Source: a virus. Taken from it: a stretch of 64,000 nucleotides of DNA. Below, one piece after another: positions 11,073 to 20,390 of the stretch. Position 1 is the stretch's first letter, and every line of letters begins with the position of its first letter. The position numbers and the translations under genes are program-made. The notes under the pieces are model-generated. The model had not been told where the DNA came from. It worked only from the letters and a program-made list of their open reading frames with translations, and did no database searches. The stretch covers positions 6,908-70,907 of IMG/VR virus record IMGVR_UViG_3300046171_000284; one strand, given 5' to 3'.

Positions 11073-11811
11073 TTAAGCCATGCACGTAAACTCAGCGGAA
11101 TGCTTTTTGCCCCTTTGGATTCTTGGGCAAGCAACGGTGTTACCATTGATCAACCTTTTCTCCGTAGAAAGTAAGAACGACCCTGTCTCCAATCCGGCAC
11201 GATAATACATACGCTTAGCGGTATTAATTGGTACTGCCGAAGCTGAGTAAGCCATACCCTTAATCTTCCATGTACAAAATGTGTAATTCGTACCTTCGAA
11301 TCATAAGGGAACCACTCATCGTCCTACACCTTCAGGCTGTTTATGCAGATTAACGCATCAGCACAAGGTTTGAAAGCTGGCGGTATTTTAAGACCATCTT
11401 CTGTACTCCAATCAGTCGTCCCGCCAAGCTGAAGAACTTCTTCTTTTTCTTAGCAATCCGAGGCAATTCGTCACCGCCAAACGGGACATTTTCCTCAAAT
11501 GTTTTTACTATGCTAAGAACTGTAATTTCACATGCCCTCCTCCATCTTTCACATCTCCATTTCTTTATCAAGACGAACGACCCTTTTGGATAAAGGTCGA
11601 CTAGGGACCCACACCTGAGCGATTTGAAGTTTTGGAAAGCAATATCACTTGCGTCAAACCCGTCATCACCATCGCGCAATGTAATTTCAGTTAGGAGTCC
11701 GATTAAACTCGACTTTTTCGTTCTTGAACTTCTCATCAAGCTATCCCACTCTTTTTCCAAGTCCATTTCTTCGTTATCTTTCTTCTTAGTTTTTTTAGCT
11801 TTTATTTTCAT
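11073..11811 (-). CDS. probable ssDNA-binding/annealing protein, broken by several frameshifts
   Basis: Fragments 11350-11811 and 11073-11255 read as one gene located between the nuclease and polA. Function is inferred from position only. Confidence 0.4.
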
Positions 11812-11962
11812 AATATTCTAGTTTTTGTTTATCTTTTTGCCCTTAAGATAGGGCGTTTTTCGTCGTCATCTCGCAGGTAAAACACCTGCCTGAACGAATT
11901 TCAGTTCTATTCTTGCTCGTGCTTCTTTTTTCGTAATACCTTCGCGATTTTGGAATACTGCT

Positions 11963-12985
11963 TCAGCAAGGCAGGTAGGAACTTACCGTGCACGCTTTTT
12001 GAAAATCATCAGCACTTACAAAGTTTTCAATCGATTTAAATGCTTTAATTGCATCGTCAATCTTCATTGTTGGGTTGCGGTAATAGAGATTAAATCCGGG
12101 TATTTCCAACCCTTCCTCAACCGCTAATTCCAATGCCCGTTTATCCACCGCTTTTTTCCAATTATCCACCACCGAAGCTACACGCTTCATCTTCGACAGA
12201 GTGGTCGGATCGGTGACCAAGGCGGGGTCAGCATTTTGCCACAATGCCAACTTAAAATCCTCAGAGCTACTATCATACTTTCTAGCCAATGGCAGTAGCT
12301 CATCAGCGAGGGCAGGGCAGTCAACCCTGCGACCGCAAAATTTGCATGACTCAGTATTTGGATTTAATTTCGGCTCCTCAGCTAATGCACGATCAACAAT
12401 CAAGCGTACTCGATCACGCGCCTTTTCAATGTCCTTCCGAGTATAAGTGTGAGATGTAATCTCGTCCCTACGGGGGAGAACAAAATGGATGGTTATAGTC
12501 TTTGCCCAAGGAAAGCGATCCATAGCACCAATCGCATAAGCCTGACCCTGAATATTCTCATCTGCCCCCTCAACAGGGTTGACTCCGAACTTCCAATCAA
12601 ACTGATCAATATGCTCAAATGATTTAGCTAAAGTAATCAGGTCACTCGTCCCAAACACAGATGTCATCCCGTGAGCAGGTACAGGAGGTAAACCGCTAGG
12701 CTTATCCATCTTTTCAGAACCATCAGAATAAATATTGATGGTCAACCTCTCTTCCTTAAGCACCTCATCAGCTTCCTCGCAATAGGAGTTGGAATATTCC
12801 AAGCACTTATCGACTAACGAAATCTGCACTTCGTCTAGCCCTTTGTAGCTCTCATTCTCCACAGCCTCATGCAACATTGTGCCTTCCTCAGCCATTGGAT
12901 TTGTTTCATTAGATGAACGATATCCGGGGCAGATCTCCACCCATTTAAGAGTAGAGGGTCCTAATTTATGATGGGCATCTGACAT
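11963..12985 (-). CDS. DUF2800/Cas4-like PD-(D/E)XK exonuclease
   Basis: HHKLGPS...CPG, AEEGTMLHE, FGTSD, DWKFG, QGQAYA, CKFC...CP. The C-terminus is probably frameshifted. Confidence 0.8.
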   Translation of the reverse strand: MSDAHHKLGPSTLKWVEICPGYRSSNETNPMAEEGTMLHEAVENESYKGLDEVQISLVDKCLEYSNSYCEEADEVLKEERLTINIYSDGSEKMDKPSGLPPVPAHGMTSVFGTSDLITLAKSFEHIDQFDWKFGVNPVEGADENIQGQAYAIGAMDRFPWAKTITIHFVLPRRDEITSHTYTRKDIEKARDRVRLIVDRALAEEPKLNPNTESCKFCGRRVDCPALADELLPLARKYDSSSEDFKLALWQNADPALVTDPTTLSKMKRVASVVDNWKKAVDKRALELAVEEGLEIPGFNLYYRNPTMKIDDAIKAFKSIENFVSADDFQKACTVSSYLPC

Positions 12986-13089
12986 TGTGCAGTTCTTTCA
13001 ATCGTTGTTTTAATATATTTTTTAAATCTAAGTGCTTGCAGATTTTTAAAGCCATGCCATATAGCTCAATCTGCTCCTCGATTTCTTCC

Positions 13090-13410
13090 TTAGTTAAGGT
13101 CTCCGCCTTCGACACCGCCGAGCCTTTCTTCTAATCTTTTAGTCACGCCAATCAGAGAATTTATCATAGTCTCATAAAAGGCTAGTCGCTCAATTAATGC
13201 ACAGGTTGAGAAGTCTACTGAGTCAGCAGAACCTGTTGTCGACTCAGCATTTTTCTTAAAAAACTCAGCCCGTTGACCTAAATAAATAGTAAGGTCGTGA
13301 GTGGAATTCATTATGTACTCTGATATATTCTCAGGGACATTTGTTAATGGGTCTTGCTCGCCCGATACGGTTTTAGGACTTTCATCCTCAGATCTTTTAT
13401 TATATCTCAT
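13090..13410 (-). CDS. hypothetical protein
   Basis: 106-aa ORF within the operon. Confidence 0.6.
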   Translation of the reverse strand: MRYNKRSEDESPKTVSGEQDPLTNVPENISEYIMNSTHDLTIYLGQRAEFFKKNAESTTGSADSVDFSTCALIERLAFYETMINSLIGVTKRLEERLGGVEGGDLN

Positions 13411-13421
13411 ATGGTGGTTCC

Positions 13422-14846
13422 TTAATACCTGCTACCACAGGCTGTTTCTTGAATAGACGGTTTTTGGTTCTTATGAAGAACGCTCGTATTAGTTTCAGTA
13501 TTTTCATTGAAATGATTGATTATGGGGTCGTTAAGATCCCCGTCGTTTAGTAAATCTAAGTTGTTTAATTTTCTGTTAACTGCTTTGCACACTTCGTCTT
13601 CGACGGAGTCGGAGGCGAAGACTATGTACTGCCTGACCACGCTCTTACCGCCTGATCTGTGAATACGACCCAAGGCTTGCTTAAGATCGATTGCCGAAAA
13701 ACCCGGTGAGATAATGGAAATTCGCGGGTGATTGCCGTCAGTATCGTGAAGCGATAGCCCAACACCACCCGCCTGAATTGTGCAAATACAGGCATCGCTA
13801 AAGTTATCCTGAAATGCCTTAATGTGAGACTCCCTTTCCTCATCGGTCTGACCGCCATGTATCTGAGAAAGTTTGGGGAATTTCTTACTCTCCAATTGCT
13901 CAACCACAGCGTCCAAAGTCTCACGGAAATTGACAAATATCACGGGCTTGATGCCCTCATAAATTGCAGTCATCGCTAACTCGACAAGGACAGGAACTTT
14001 TAAATTCTCCACGCTCTGACGAGTCCGCAACTGAACGGTCAATCCGTTGACATCTTCCTCATCGAGTTCGCCACTCAAAACCTGATCGACCATGTCCTCA
14101 TACATCTCATCAACCGTGCGAATACCGCTACCAACATGATATGATCGAGCCTCAATTTTGTTTTCAGGAAATGAACCCTCAGGAAGATCAGCAATCTTTA
14201 TTCGCGAACCCTTCAAGCCACCGCCAAATATGTCATCATGCAATCGGGTCAGGACTTTCGATGAGCCCGTGAAGTCGAGCCCACCGAAATATCCTTTACG
14301 ACACCCATTTCTGAGACACCATACCCAATGATCTCGATAACCATGCAGTCCCAAAACATACCCCAACCCACGCATCTCACGAGGATCGAAACATGCCGTG
14401 GCACTTAACATTAAAGTCTTAATCTTACACTCCTTTGCGGATGCAAGCAGTTTACTGTTCAAACTTTTCTCGCCCTTACAACGATGAACCTCATCGAAAA
14501 TCAACATCGCTTTTCGCGGATCGAGCAACCATTTAAAACGCTTACCCCTTTTCTCAAGATACTTCGCTTTCAGCCCACCCTTGCCACGAGTCAATACCTC
14601 ATAGTTAAACACCACGGGCTTGAACATAGGATAAAACTTCAGACACCAATCCTTCCAAACGGGGATCATTATCTTAGGACATACTATCACGGGTTTCAGG
14701 TTGCAGATCTCAGACGCTTTCAGTGCCATGATTGTCTTACCCGTACCCATGTCACTCGCATCAATCGCACCATTGAATTTCTTCAATGCAAAGGCTAAGC
14801 GATTAACATGATCGACTTGCCAATCATATAATTGAGGAACACTCAT
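13422..14846 (-). CDS. SF2 (SNF2-like) DNA helicase
   Basis: DMGTGKT, DEVH, LSAT, GGVGLSL, QALGRIHR. Confidence 0.9.
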   Translation of the reverse strand: MSVPQLYDWQVDHVNRLAFALKKFNGAIDASDMGTGKTIMALKASEICNLKPVIVCPKIMIPVWKDWCLKFYPMFKPVVFNYEVLTRGKGGLKAKYLEKRGKRFKWLLDPRKAMLIFDEVHRCKGEKSLNSKLLASAKECKIKTLMLSATACFDPREMRGLGYVLGLHGYRDHWVWCLRNGCRKGYFGGLDFTGSSKVLTRLHDDIFGGGLKGSRIKIADLPEGSFPENKIEARSYHVGSGIRTVDEMYEDMVDQVLSGELDEEDVNGLTVQLRTRQSVENLKVPVLVELAMTAIYEGIKPVIFVNFRETLDAVVEQLESKKFPKLSQIHGGQTDEERESHIKAFQDNFSDACICTIQAGGVGLSLHDTDGNHPRISIISPGFSAIDLKQALGRIHRSGGKSVVRQYIVFASDSVEDEVCKAVNRKLNNLDLLNDGDLNDPIINHFNENTETNTSVLHKNQKPSIQETACGSRY

Positions 14847-15418
14847 TACAGTATGAAGTCTCCGTGAATTAGATGAGGACTCACACCTTTCTCACTAACA
14901 TGAGAATCTTTACCGAAATTATAAGCCCCATCACGCTTAACCTCGACAACAAATCCGCCCATCGAACGAACCATCTCCGCCTCATTATCAAATCGCAGAT
15001 CGTCAATAAATACATGTGTATGCGGTTTGCACGGTTTGACTGTAGTATCTACATAATTATCCAACTTATTTTCAGTAATCTTGACCCAAATATTAGGATC
15101 AATCATCTCACGCCCAAACTCCGTACCGCAAAGCTGAAGCAACTTCCGACCTGTCATCCCACCGCTAAGCCAAGGAATCTCAACATCCTTACCGCGGACA
15201 CCATCAAACATGTCGGAAGATAAATACCCTTCGCCAACAATCTGACTGACCATAGCCCTAAGCGGATCGGCAAAGGACATCACCTTACCGCCCGTGCTGT
15301 CAGCTAATTCATGAGCCAATGTGGATTTGCCCACGCCAATGGGTCCACAGAACGCAACAATTACGGGTTTGTTTATAAAATCACTGTGATCGTAAGTAAT
15401 ACTAATTGTTGGTTGCAT
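14846..15418 (-). CDS. deoxynucleoside monophosphate kinase
   Basis: GPIGVGKST, SFADPLR, RKLLQLCGTE, DDLRFDNE, HVSE. Confidence 0.85.
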   Translation of the reverse strand: MQPTISITYDHSDFINKPVIVAFCGPIGVGKSTLAHELADSTGGKVMSFADPLRAMVSQIVGEGYLSSDMFDGVRGKDVEIPWLSGGMTGRKLLQLCGTEFGREMIDPNIWVKITENKLDNYVDTTVKPCKPHTHVFIDDLRFDNEAEMVRSMGGFVVEVKRDGAYNFGKDSHVSEKGVSPHLIHGDFIL

Positions 15419-15623
15419 CTCTTTTTCCTTTCGTTGCGTAACCTGTTTGTACGATATGCGTCATCGTGCTATTGGTAAGATTGCAGAATCTCTGACCCTG
15501 CTTCTCAGCTTCCTTCAATGTCGAAGCCTCAACCCCGCATATCCTAACCGCTTGATTGCGGTCTATCGTTTTTGCCACTCCGCCCACGGCGAATACATCA
15601 TAAGATTTTTTGTGCTGTGCCAT
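15402..15623 (-). CDS. hypothetical protein
   Basis: 73-aa ORF translationally coupled to its neighbours. Confidence 0.55.
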   Translation of the reverse strand: MAQHKKSYDVFAVGGVAKTIDRNQAVRICGVEASTLKEAEKQGQRFCNLTNSTMTHIVQTGYATKGKRDATNN

Positions 15624-15853
15624 TATCTTTTTAATTCTTCCTGATCGTAACCGTCAGATTTTAATATCTTCCATAGACGGTTCCGTAATTTGCGTAAGCC
15701 CTGTGCCTCAATTTGTCGGACTCGCTCACGAGTGACTCCCATGACCTCGCCAATCTCCTCCAATGTGTGAGGTCGAGCGGGAGCAGTCTCCATGTAGCGT
15801 CGCAGTTTTGTGTCAGGGTCTTCCCCATAATCATCAACTATTTTCTTCGGCAT
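15623..15853 (-). CDS. stand-alone sigma70 region 4 domain protein
   Basis: [29 protein letters not shown] matches sigma70 region 4.2. Confidence 0.85.
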   Translation of the reverse strand: MPKKIVDDYGEDPDTKLRRYMETAPARPHTLEEIGEVMGVTRERVRQIEAQGLRKLRNRLWKILKSDGYDQEELKR

Positions 15854-16079
15854 TTGCTTCTAAGACTTTGATTTTATGGGTGAGGTAAGACTGATCTCGG
15901 ATGATCTTTTCAAATTCCTCCGTGTATCCAACTTCCAATTGTCGATAGTCCTCCGCGTACACCTCTTGGGTAGAATAAAATCTACCGCAGTCATCACAGG
16001 ACTTCCTTCGCCAAATACGGTTTTCATACTTCCGTGTCGTATGCACCTTGCTTTTTCTACTGCCACAGGTCGGACACAT
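15834..16079 (-). CDS. zinc-ribbon protein (NrdR-N/Ogr-like)
   Basis: CPTCG...[14 protein letters not shown]. Confidence 0.7.
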   Translation of the reverse strand: MCPTCGSRKSKVHTTRKYENRIWRRKSCDDCGRFYSTQEVYAEDYRQLEVGYTEEFEKIIRDQSYLTHKIKVLEANAEENS

Positions 16080-16417
16080 TACTCGTTGCTGTAAGTAACT
16101 TCGCCATCAGCTTCGATGGTTGCCATGCCATCAGACAAAGCTTTGTTTCTAGTTATTATACTAGCTTGAACAATAGGGTCGCTAGAATGAGTAGGCTCGT
16201 AAATCTCAGGATTTAAAAATGCGTCAAGGTCGGTGTATGCTTCATGCAATTTTTCGTCATCTCCTGTTCGGTTCACACATGCAATGCCGTGCATGAGACT
16301 AGTTTTTATTAACTCAAGTTCTTTTTTCGCGTCACGGATTTCTTTTACAATATTCTCAACAGTATCTCCATATAGACCTGAGTCTTCAACGCTGTGCTTT
16401 ATTAATTCAAGATTCAT
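16079..16417 (-). CDS. hypothetical protein
   Basis: 112-aa ORF, first gene downstream of the 16514 promoter. Confidence 0.6.
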   Translation of the reverse strand: MNLELIKHSVEDSGLYGDTVENIVKEIRDAKKELELIKTSLMHGIACVNRTGDDEKLHEAYTDLDAFLNPEIYEPTHSSDPIVQASIITRNKALSDGMATIEADGEVTYSNE

Positions 16418-16485
16418 ATATTATGTCAGTTTTCAGTATTCAGTTTTGTTTAATTATTTAGCTCGATGAGCTGTTTATGAATACA

Positions 16486-16514
16486 AGCGTATACGCAGAG
16501 AATACATTGGTCAA
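16486..16514 (-). promoter_or_regulatory. sigma70-type promoter TTGACC-N17-TACGCT overlapped by palindrome GCGTATACGC
   Basis: Read directly; points into the replication operon. Confidence 0.55.
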
Positions 16515-16592
16515 GAAAAACTTTTAATCAATTGAAAAAAAACCTGCAATCCCACTATCTATGCAGAATAAAATGTATACTTTATATACTCG

Positions 16593-17039
16593 CTAGGTAT
16601 TCTTTCGAAGCCAATAATCCAATATCAGCAACGCATCAGCGGTAGCATGAGTCACTTTTTGTTCGGGATAGAGCCGTGAGGCGATATCCCGTAGCATACG
16701 CTTCCGTGCGGTGTAACCCATTTTAGGTTTCAAACCACGCAAACCCATCTGCCATGTCTTAGGTTTTATCAAATGAACGGGCATTCGAAACGCTCGAAAT
16801 ACTCCGACATGATATCCAAAATTATAGCCCAATTTAAATGAGCTTGCGTTACTCGTTTGTCCCGATACAAAAACAGGAACATCCTCAACTATCACTATTG
16901 TCTTCCTGTCAATGTTCTCCGCCATGTCCAACATTTCAGATTCAGTAGTGTACTTCCTTAAATTTATTAAGCCTTCACACGACATATATGCCATGCCTCC
17001 ACTCACTCCCGGATCAATCGCTAGATACGCTTGCGACAT
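16593..17039 (-). CDS. RuvC-like Holliday junction resolvase
   Basis: LAIDPGVSGG, IVEDV, FKLGYNFG, PKTWQ, ADALLI. Confidence 0.8.
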   Translation of the reverse strand: MSQAYLAIDPGVSGGMAYMSCEGLINLRKYTTESEMLDMAENIDRKTIVIVEDVPVFVSGQTSNASSFKLGYNFGYHVGVFRAFRMPVHLIKPKTWQMGLRGLKPKMGYTARKRMLRDIASRLYPEQKVTHATADALLILDYWLRKNT

Positions 17040-17152
17040 ACTTACTAAACTTCCTTAACAAAGAATTTAAGGGCTTACCATGTAGATCCCGTATTCGTGC
17101 GTTACCTATCTGTGCTAAAAGAATTTCAACGCGGACTTTCATGTCCTCAATG

Positions 17153-17341
17153 TCAAGCTCGATCTGCTTCGTGCTTTTCATCAGAGACAATGGGAATGTT
17201 TTTTTTCTTAAGGTAAGATATCAGAGCATCTCTTATATACTGACTCTGTGTAGTTCGGCGGAGCCGGACTACTCTAGACAAGGTCTCAAAGAGCTCGTCA
17301 TCCAATCTAACATTAAGCTGTTTATTTAGTTTAGTGAACAT
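17153..17341 (-). CDS. ribbon-helix-helix regulator (CopG/Arc-like)
   Basis: KQLNVRLDDELFETL...TQSQYIRDAL. Confidence 0.75.
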   Translation of the reverse strand: MFTKLNKQLNVRLDDELFETLSRVVRLRRTTQSQYIRDALISYLKKKNIPIVSDEKHEADRA

Positions 17342-17367
17342 ATTAATATATTTCTACCATTTTCTAT

Positions 17368-17456
17368 TTGACAGTATACGAATGTATTACTTAATGTCTA
17401 ATTTGTCTGACATCAGTCATATCAGTAGTACTCGATTACTTAATGTAGTAATCGGT
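17368..17456. promoter_or_regulatory. divergent control region with TTGACA and operator-like repeats
   Basis: TTGACA at 17368; ATTACTTAATGT occurs twice (about 17386 and 17435); palindrome CGATTAC...GTAATCG. Confidence 0.5.
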
Positions 17457-17472
17457 GTAATCCCAAAATAAT

Positions 17473-17853
17473 ATGACAATAAAAAATGAAATCGTGACTT
17501 GCAGGTTTTTGCCCAATGAAAAAACCCGCCTGTTCAATGTCGCAAAAAACACAAATGTATCCGTATCTGCACTAGCAAGAATTGCTATTAATGAATACCT
17601 TACCATCCATTCCGTAGATGAATCGGGTGAAAATTCAGAAACTTACAGTCAATCAATCAAAAGGACATACCAAGAATATATGATCAATGATTGGGCGGAG
17701 TCATCTGAGCAAGATGACCACAATGAAAAGTTTCTAAACAAGCTCATGCGAATGAGACAAAACTTAGATCTTCAGATCGACTACATCAAAAAAGAGGAGG
17801 ACTATAAGAGCTACAAATTGCTTCAAGATCTCGAAGATGAGGACGGTTTTTGA
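17473..17853 (+). CDS. ribbon-helix-helix-like regulator, candidate repressor
   Basis: IVTCRF...VSVSALARIAINEYL; divergent from the 17153-17341 gene. Confidence 0.6.
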   Translation: MTIKNEIVTCRFLPNEKTRLFNVAKNTNVSVSALARIAINEYLTIHSVDESGENSETYSQSIKRTYQEYMINDWAESSEQDDHNEKFLNKLMRMRQNLDLQIDYIKKEEDYKSYKLLQDLEDEDGF

Positions 17854-17857
17854 GGGT

Positions 17858-18139
17858 GTTACCCCTGTTACCCTTGCTGTTACCCTAGCGTTTTCAAGGA
17901 TAACAGGGTAACACCTATAAAATTGACCAATACGATTGGAGGTCTCAAAATAGTTACCCTTGGGTATAAAGGGTAACACCAAGGGTAACAGGTTTAACCA
18001 ACTGAATACCAAGGACATAACCCCAAACTGTTACCCTTGCACCCAATTTACATATATACCCAAATACGCGCAAAATTTTTATTTTTTTTTATAATAAGTG
18101 TAAATATATAATAATATACGCGCGCGCGAGAAGGGTAAC
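17858..18139. repeat. GTTACCC/GGGTAAC iteron cluster with AT-rich tract, putative replication origin
   Basis: Nine perfect heptamers (17858, 17867, 17879, 17906, 17953, 17971, 17983, 18030, 18133), AT-rich stretch about 18072-18118, and a CG dinucleotide run. Confidence 0.7.
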
Positions 18140-18141
18140 TA

Positions 18142-18591
18142 TTACTTGGAATTAAAGATTTTCCAATTGTCTTTGTACTTTTCGTACTGACCTGTAGATT
18201 TTTGGTTTTGCGGGTAGAAATAGATTTTCACTTTTTCCTCAAGACTGAGGCATGGTATCAGATACCATTGGTCGTAGGGATTAACATAACAGGCTATGAC
18301 ATCTACTTTGGTACAGTCGATTGGTGTCTTGGATGTTCCCGATCCGGCACATATTTGGTATCTCTCAGCACCGTTTGACATGATTTTGGTGTTGGTAGCC
18401 TTGATTTGGGTCTTTATCGTACCTCCCGCTCTGTTCATTACAACGCAGTCGATGGGTAGATACTCACCGATTGGGATGAGCACATCGTAGTTTCTCCTCA
18501 TCGCTTCAGTAAAAAATACCTGTTCTGCAAAATAGCCGAACCTTTTGGCACTCATTTTAAACTGATTATTCTTCAAAGTATCCCTTGCCAT
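18142..18591 (-). CDS. PD-(D/E)XK endonuclease (group I intron-associated type)
   Basis: GYFAEQVF...PIDCVV...TQIKAT...VDVIACY...WYLIP. Confidence 0.7.
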   Translation of the reverse strand: MARDTLKNNQFKMSAKRFGYFAEQVFFTEAMRRNYDVLIPIGEYLPIDCVVMNRAGGTIKTQIKATNTKIMSNGAERYQICAGSGTSKTPIDCTKVDVIACYVNPYDQWYLIPCLSLEEKVKIYFYPQNQKSTGQYEKYKDNWKIFNSK

Positions 18592-18682
18592 CAGTGTACT
18601 TGCTCCAATCGATTACAGACCCACTGCTGAGCACGACAATGACCACACCCGTATCCATGTTGTGGTAGATGTGAACATGCAC

Positions 18683-18922
18683 TTACTTTTTCTTCCTAGA
18701 GTAACTGCGGTTAGCTCTTTTGGAAATAACTGACAAGTTTTTAGAACGGTTGTCTTTGGTATTGCGATTCTTGTGGTGGACATCCTTACCGTCACCTTTA
18801 CTCGCTTTCCCCGCTTTCACCATCTTAGACCTAGCGGTATTCCGGTTTGCTCTTCGCTTTTTCTGTTTTGGCTTGGAATGGTAGTTTTTGTACTCGGACT
18901 TGTAGTTACGCTTTGTCGCCAT
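18683..18922 (-). CDS. small HNH endonuclease
   Basis: DGKDVHHKNRNTKDNRSKNL...NR. Confidence 0.75.
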   Translation of the reverse strand: MATKRNYKSEYKNYHSKPKQKKRRANRNTARSKMVKAGKASKGDGKDVHHKNRNTKDNRSKNLSVISKRANRSYSRKKK

Positions 18923-19152
18923 AGCACAACATACTAAACTCTATACATTTAAGGTCGCCACCGATTGCAAAACCCGACTATGTCGGCTCGCACAGGCTAC
19001 TACTATCATTCAGTATTTTAAAATCGGTAAGTCGGTAAGTCGATCTGTCGGCATATAGGTGTATCAATATGTCAGTAAATAAATAATGACCCCCCTTCTC
19101 CTTAACTTGATTTTTGTGAAAGCTTCAACTTAGAATAACTTAGCTAAATTTT

Positions 19153-19395
19153 ATGGCTAGGTTGAAGCTAAAACCTCCATCAAGTAGTCAAACGGAGTGC
19201 CAAAAGGCATTTGTCAGTAACCTGACACAAAGACTACAAAACGCATACCTAAACGGATTAGATATGCAAAGCAATATAGCTGACGACCGAATAGATCGAC
19301 TATCAAATAAAAACCAAAATGTTAAACCAAATATAGATTGGTATGTATTCATCTGTTTTTGGATAACTTATTTGTTAATCCTTTGGTTGTTATAG
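19153..19395 (+). CDS. hypothetical protein with C-terminal hydrophobic segment
   Basis: Ends WYVFICFWITYLLILWLL; start codon uncertain. Confidence 0.35.
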   Translation: MARLKLKPPSSSQTECQKAFVSNLTQRLQNAYLNGLDMQSNIADDRIDRLSNKNQNVKPNIDWYVFICFWITYLLILWLL

Positions 19396-19487
19396 TTAGT
19401 ATATTGCTAGGAGCGAGCCGAGTAAGACCACAGCAAGACTAGGCATCGGCTCGCTCTTCACTTTCATTAACCAATAAAAATAAAAAT

Positions 19488-19766
19488 ATGAATAGTGATA
19501 TAACTAAACAAGCAGTAAGAATCGCCAACGGAATTGAAGTTCTCAGTAAAAAAGAACTCAACGCAATCTTAGGTAAATTCATACTATTAACACTTGATCC
19601 ATACGAAGTTAAGTCAGCGATCAAAGAAGTTGCACAAGAAGAGTTCAAAAAAGAACACGGAAAAGTTGCAAAATCTTGGGTCGACCTAGCCGACAACATG
19701 GCAGAAAATACTGATGCTTCATTCGCAAGCGAAGTACTCAATTCACTGTGGCTCCAAAGAGCATAA
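19488..19766 (+). CDS. hypothetical protein
   Basis: 92-aa ORF preceded by a hairpin at about 19411-19456. Confidence 0.65.
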   Translation: MNSDITKQAVRIANGIEVLSKKELNAILGKFILLTLDPYEVKSAIKEVAQEEFKKEHGKVAKSWVDLADNMAENTDASFASEVLNSLWLQRA

Positions 19767-19843
19767 CCAAACCATAAAGGAGTTAGTCACGGCAATGCCG
19801 TGCAACACTTTCACTTTCCAAAGGGATTGATCATCCTAGAGGA

Positions 19844-20240
19844 GGAACAGACGCTCGTAAACAAGTCGTACAGAGGGCTTGCGAGCACAAGAACTATCAT
19901 TCCTAGCGGAAGGGCTTAAACCTCAAATGAGGAGGAGTCAGTGAGACATTCACTTATAGTTGGTAATCAGAAAATATACAGTATTGCACCATAATGCCTT
20001 GAGCAAGACGATGGTCTGCACTGAGATGTAATCACAATGTCCATATGGATTCAGGATTATAATCTAAGTTCTTAGCGGAACACAGTGGGTACAACTGTAG
20101 GCATAAACAATTGAACTTTTAAAAGTTCTGTCGGTTGTTACAGGTAAGCTCAGAGATGAGTTGTCCTGTCAGAATCCCTAGAGGATCTGTCGCATAATAT
20201 CGGTTGTTTTCTGATTTGTGGTATACATTCCACCTGTTCC
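19844..20240 (+). ncRNA. putative large structured non-coding RNA
   Basis: No ORF of 60 aa or more; closing helix GGAACAG/CTGTTCC; inner helix AATCAGAAAA/TTTTCTGATT; about ten local hairpins. Strand inferred from flanking genes and G-U pairs. Confidence 0.6.
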
Positions 20241-20390
20241 AAACTTTCGGTTCATCTAAACCAAAAAACAGACTGATTCATACAAATACTCGTATGGGTA
20301 GGGTAGGCGATTCTGCCCATACGAGACACTTTCTATGCAAAATACAAATAACAAAAAACTATTTGTTCTAATTGTAAAAGAAATGGGTCG

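Noticed and set aside
11963-12985. CRISPR-associated Cas4 or a CRISPR locus
   Set aside because: No repeat-spacer array or other cas genes seen; DUF2800-type nucleases are ordinary phage replication genes.
17858-18139. CRISPR array
   Set aside because: Repeats are 7 bp, in both orientations and irregularly spaced.
19844-20240. Group I/II intron, tmRNA or RNase P RNA
   Set aside because: No interrupted gene, and I could not find the diagnostic conserved cores or tRNA-like ends by eye; left unassigned pending cmscan.
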